Virus record (IMG/VR): IMGVR_UViG_3300025162_000081
Location: 1-43,605 of that record
Length of the DNA: 43,605 nt
Strand: one strand, 5' to 3'
Source: a virus
Below the pieces are notes generated by a model. It was not told where the DNA came from. It searched no databases and saw only the letters and a list, made by a program, of their open reading frames with translations. Of this stretch, positions 42,803 to 43,605 are shown one piece after another (position 1 is the stretch's first letter; each line of letters starts with the position of its first letter). The translations under genes and the position numbers were made by a program.

Positions 42803-42823
42803 TACTATTAAAATAGAGATATT

Positions 42824-43582
42824 ATGAAAGTTTCACAAGAAGTTATTGAAAAACTTAAGCCACTTAAAGGTATTAACCTTGACGTGGCTTTTCGTATTTT
42901 TAAGTCAAAGAAGCTTGATGTTAAAGCCGCAGGGTTTGTAGAAAATCTTATCGCTCTCTTACTTGATAGGGAATTACCTAAAAATGAGCGTGGTATGGAC
43001 TTCAAAGGTCTTTTTGAAGTTAAAGAAATCAAAGTACATTTTACAAAAAGTGGACAAATGAGAACTGGTGGTGACACAAATATTAGTTCTTATTTGAATT
43101 CTGAGCCAAACTTTTTTGAATCAAATATTTGGGACAAAACAAGCAAAATCCTAATTGTTTGTGTTGATGAAAATAGGGTCATTGTTGATGTTAGATTCTT
43201 TGATGGTGAGCCTTTTGCAGAACAAATGAAACAAGATTATGAAGCAATCAAAACAGCCAGAAATCTTTGTCGTCAGAATAATAAAATCCTAGTTTTTAAG
43301 ACTGGTTTCAATTCAATTATGCTTAAAGGTAATTGTGCTATTGATATGAGCGAAAGTATCATTGAAGATGAAAACGAAATTGAAAACCAAGATTCTTACA
43401 TTCGTGGTCTTTTTGATCATAAGTTTCAATCTTATCAGGAAAAATTAAAAACTATTGTTGATAGTATTTTAGCACTTATGAACAGTGCATCTCTGAAAGA
43501 TTTGCAATTGATTATGAAAATGGCTGAAGCTAGAATGAAAGAAAGTGTTGGATTTGATGCAAATGTTGAAATGCCTTTTTAA
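42824..43582 (+). CDS. hypothetical protein, possible PD-(D/E)xK nuclease fold (DFKGLFEVK)
   Basis: 252 aa. D-x6-E-x-K arrangement near residue 60-70. Tentative. Confidence 0.4.
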   Translation: MKVSQEVIEKLKPLKGINLDVAFRIFKSKKLDVKAAGFVENLIALLLDRELPKNERGMDFKGLFEVKEIKVHFTKSGQMRTGGDTNISSYLNSEPNFFESNIWDKTSKILIVCVDENRVIVDVRFFDGEPFAEQMKQDYEAIKTARNLCRQNNKILVFKTGFNSIMLKGNCAIDMSESIIEDENEIENQDSYIRGLFDHKFQSYQEKLKTIVDSILALMNSASLKDLQLIMKMAEARMKESVGFDANVEMPF

Positions 43583-43605
43583 TTAAAAAAAATATATGAA
43601 AACAG

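Noticed and set aside
1-43605. Eukaryotic giant-virus (Mimiviridae-like) origin, suggested by MVP, ankyrin, RCC1, Fanzor-like TnpB, GIY-YIG abundance and extreme AT content
   Set aside because: Bacterial-type intrinsic terminators with GC stems and T-tracts, RHH regulators, a GH73 peptidoglycan hydrolase, CspA, GmhA/heptosyltransferase and Bacteroidota TAnnTTTG promoter boxes fit a bacterial virus or element better. Not excluded; this is a leaning only.
1-43605. CRISPR array
   Set aside because: The only short tandem repeats are 10-bp AT-rich units (12641, 18315) and a 3x AAAGAAACAA array at 6944..6973, with no spacers. The 14-bp palindromes occur only twice.
1-43605. Shine-Dalgarno based start refinement
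   Set aside because: Start codons are almost never preceded by an AGGAGG-like element (rare exceptions are near 10440 and 13435). Starts were chosen by ATG position, coupling to upstream stops and avoidance of overlaps.

Overview
This is an AT-rich, gene-dense window that I read as the accessory region of a large virus-like genome, most plausibly a big bacteriophage of a Bacteroidota-type host. G+C is roughly a quarter by eye. About 100 mostly small ORFs sit in co-directional blocks with ATGA/TAATG start-stop overlaps.

Evidence for a bacterial, Bacteroidota-type expression system:
- Start codons almost never have a Shine-Dalgarno sequence.
- A 'TAyaTTTG(TA)' box recurs 20-70 nt upstream of many genes and of the tRNA. 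It matches the Bacteroidota sigma-A -7 consensus TAnnTTTG.
- There are classical intrinsic terminators (GC-cored hairpins flanked by A and T tracts), ribbon-helix-helix (RHH) regulators and a GH73 peptidoglycan glucosaminidase.

Recognisable content:
- Mobile DNA: three GIY-YIG/NUMOD homing endonucleases, two of them directly preceded by a tiny RHH gene; free-standing NUMOD3 proteins; an HNH endonuclease remnant; one complete IS605-type TnpB and a second TnpB N-terminal fragment at the left edge.
- RNA genes: a tRNA whose 5' and 3' parts are separated by a ~113-nt insertion, followed by a ~600-nt G+C-enriched segment with no ORF.
- Likely RNA repair or counter-defence enzymes: an Rnl2-family RNA ligase lacking the C-terminal domain; one clear NADAR (ADP-ribosyl-guanine DNA hydrolase family) protein and one divergent one.
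- Glycan module: GT2, a DxD-GT fused to a GT9 heptosyltransferase-like domain, a sulfotransferase, GmhA, and an RCC1-repeat protein.
- Metabolic enzymes: PduO-type cob(I)alamin adenosyltransferase, HAD 5'(3')-deoxyribonucleotidase, metallophosphoesterase, HD phosphohydrolase, CspA-type cold-shock protein, GH73 lysin.
- A radical-SAM / hypothetical / minimal-GGDEF three-gene operon.
- An RHH + minimal nucleotidyltransferase pair behind three perfect 10-bp tandem repeats.
- A full-length major vault protein (MVP) homologue of 803 aa.

Two protein-level patterns are not explained by ordinary annotation:
- At least ten unrelated small proteins end in the same peptide, approximately (W/F/Y)LRKKKLE(N/K)L.
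- A tandem minus-strand paralogue family has a conserved N-terminal decapeptide, approximately M-K-x-I-K-x-F-E-x-F/Y, and a conserved C-terminus K-(Y/F)-N-(I/L). This resembles the capsid-targeting peptides of T4 internal proteins.

Together with the MVP shell homologue these suggest a possible cargo-tagging system. That is inference only.

No CRISPR array and no rRNA were found.
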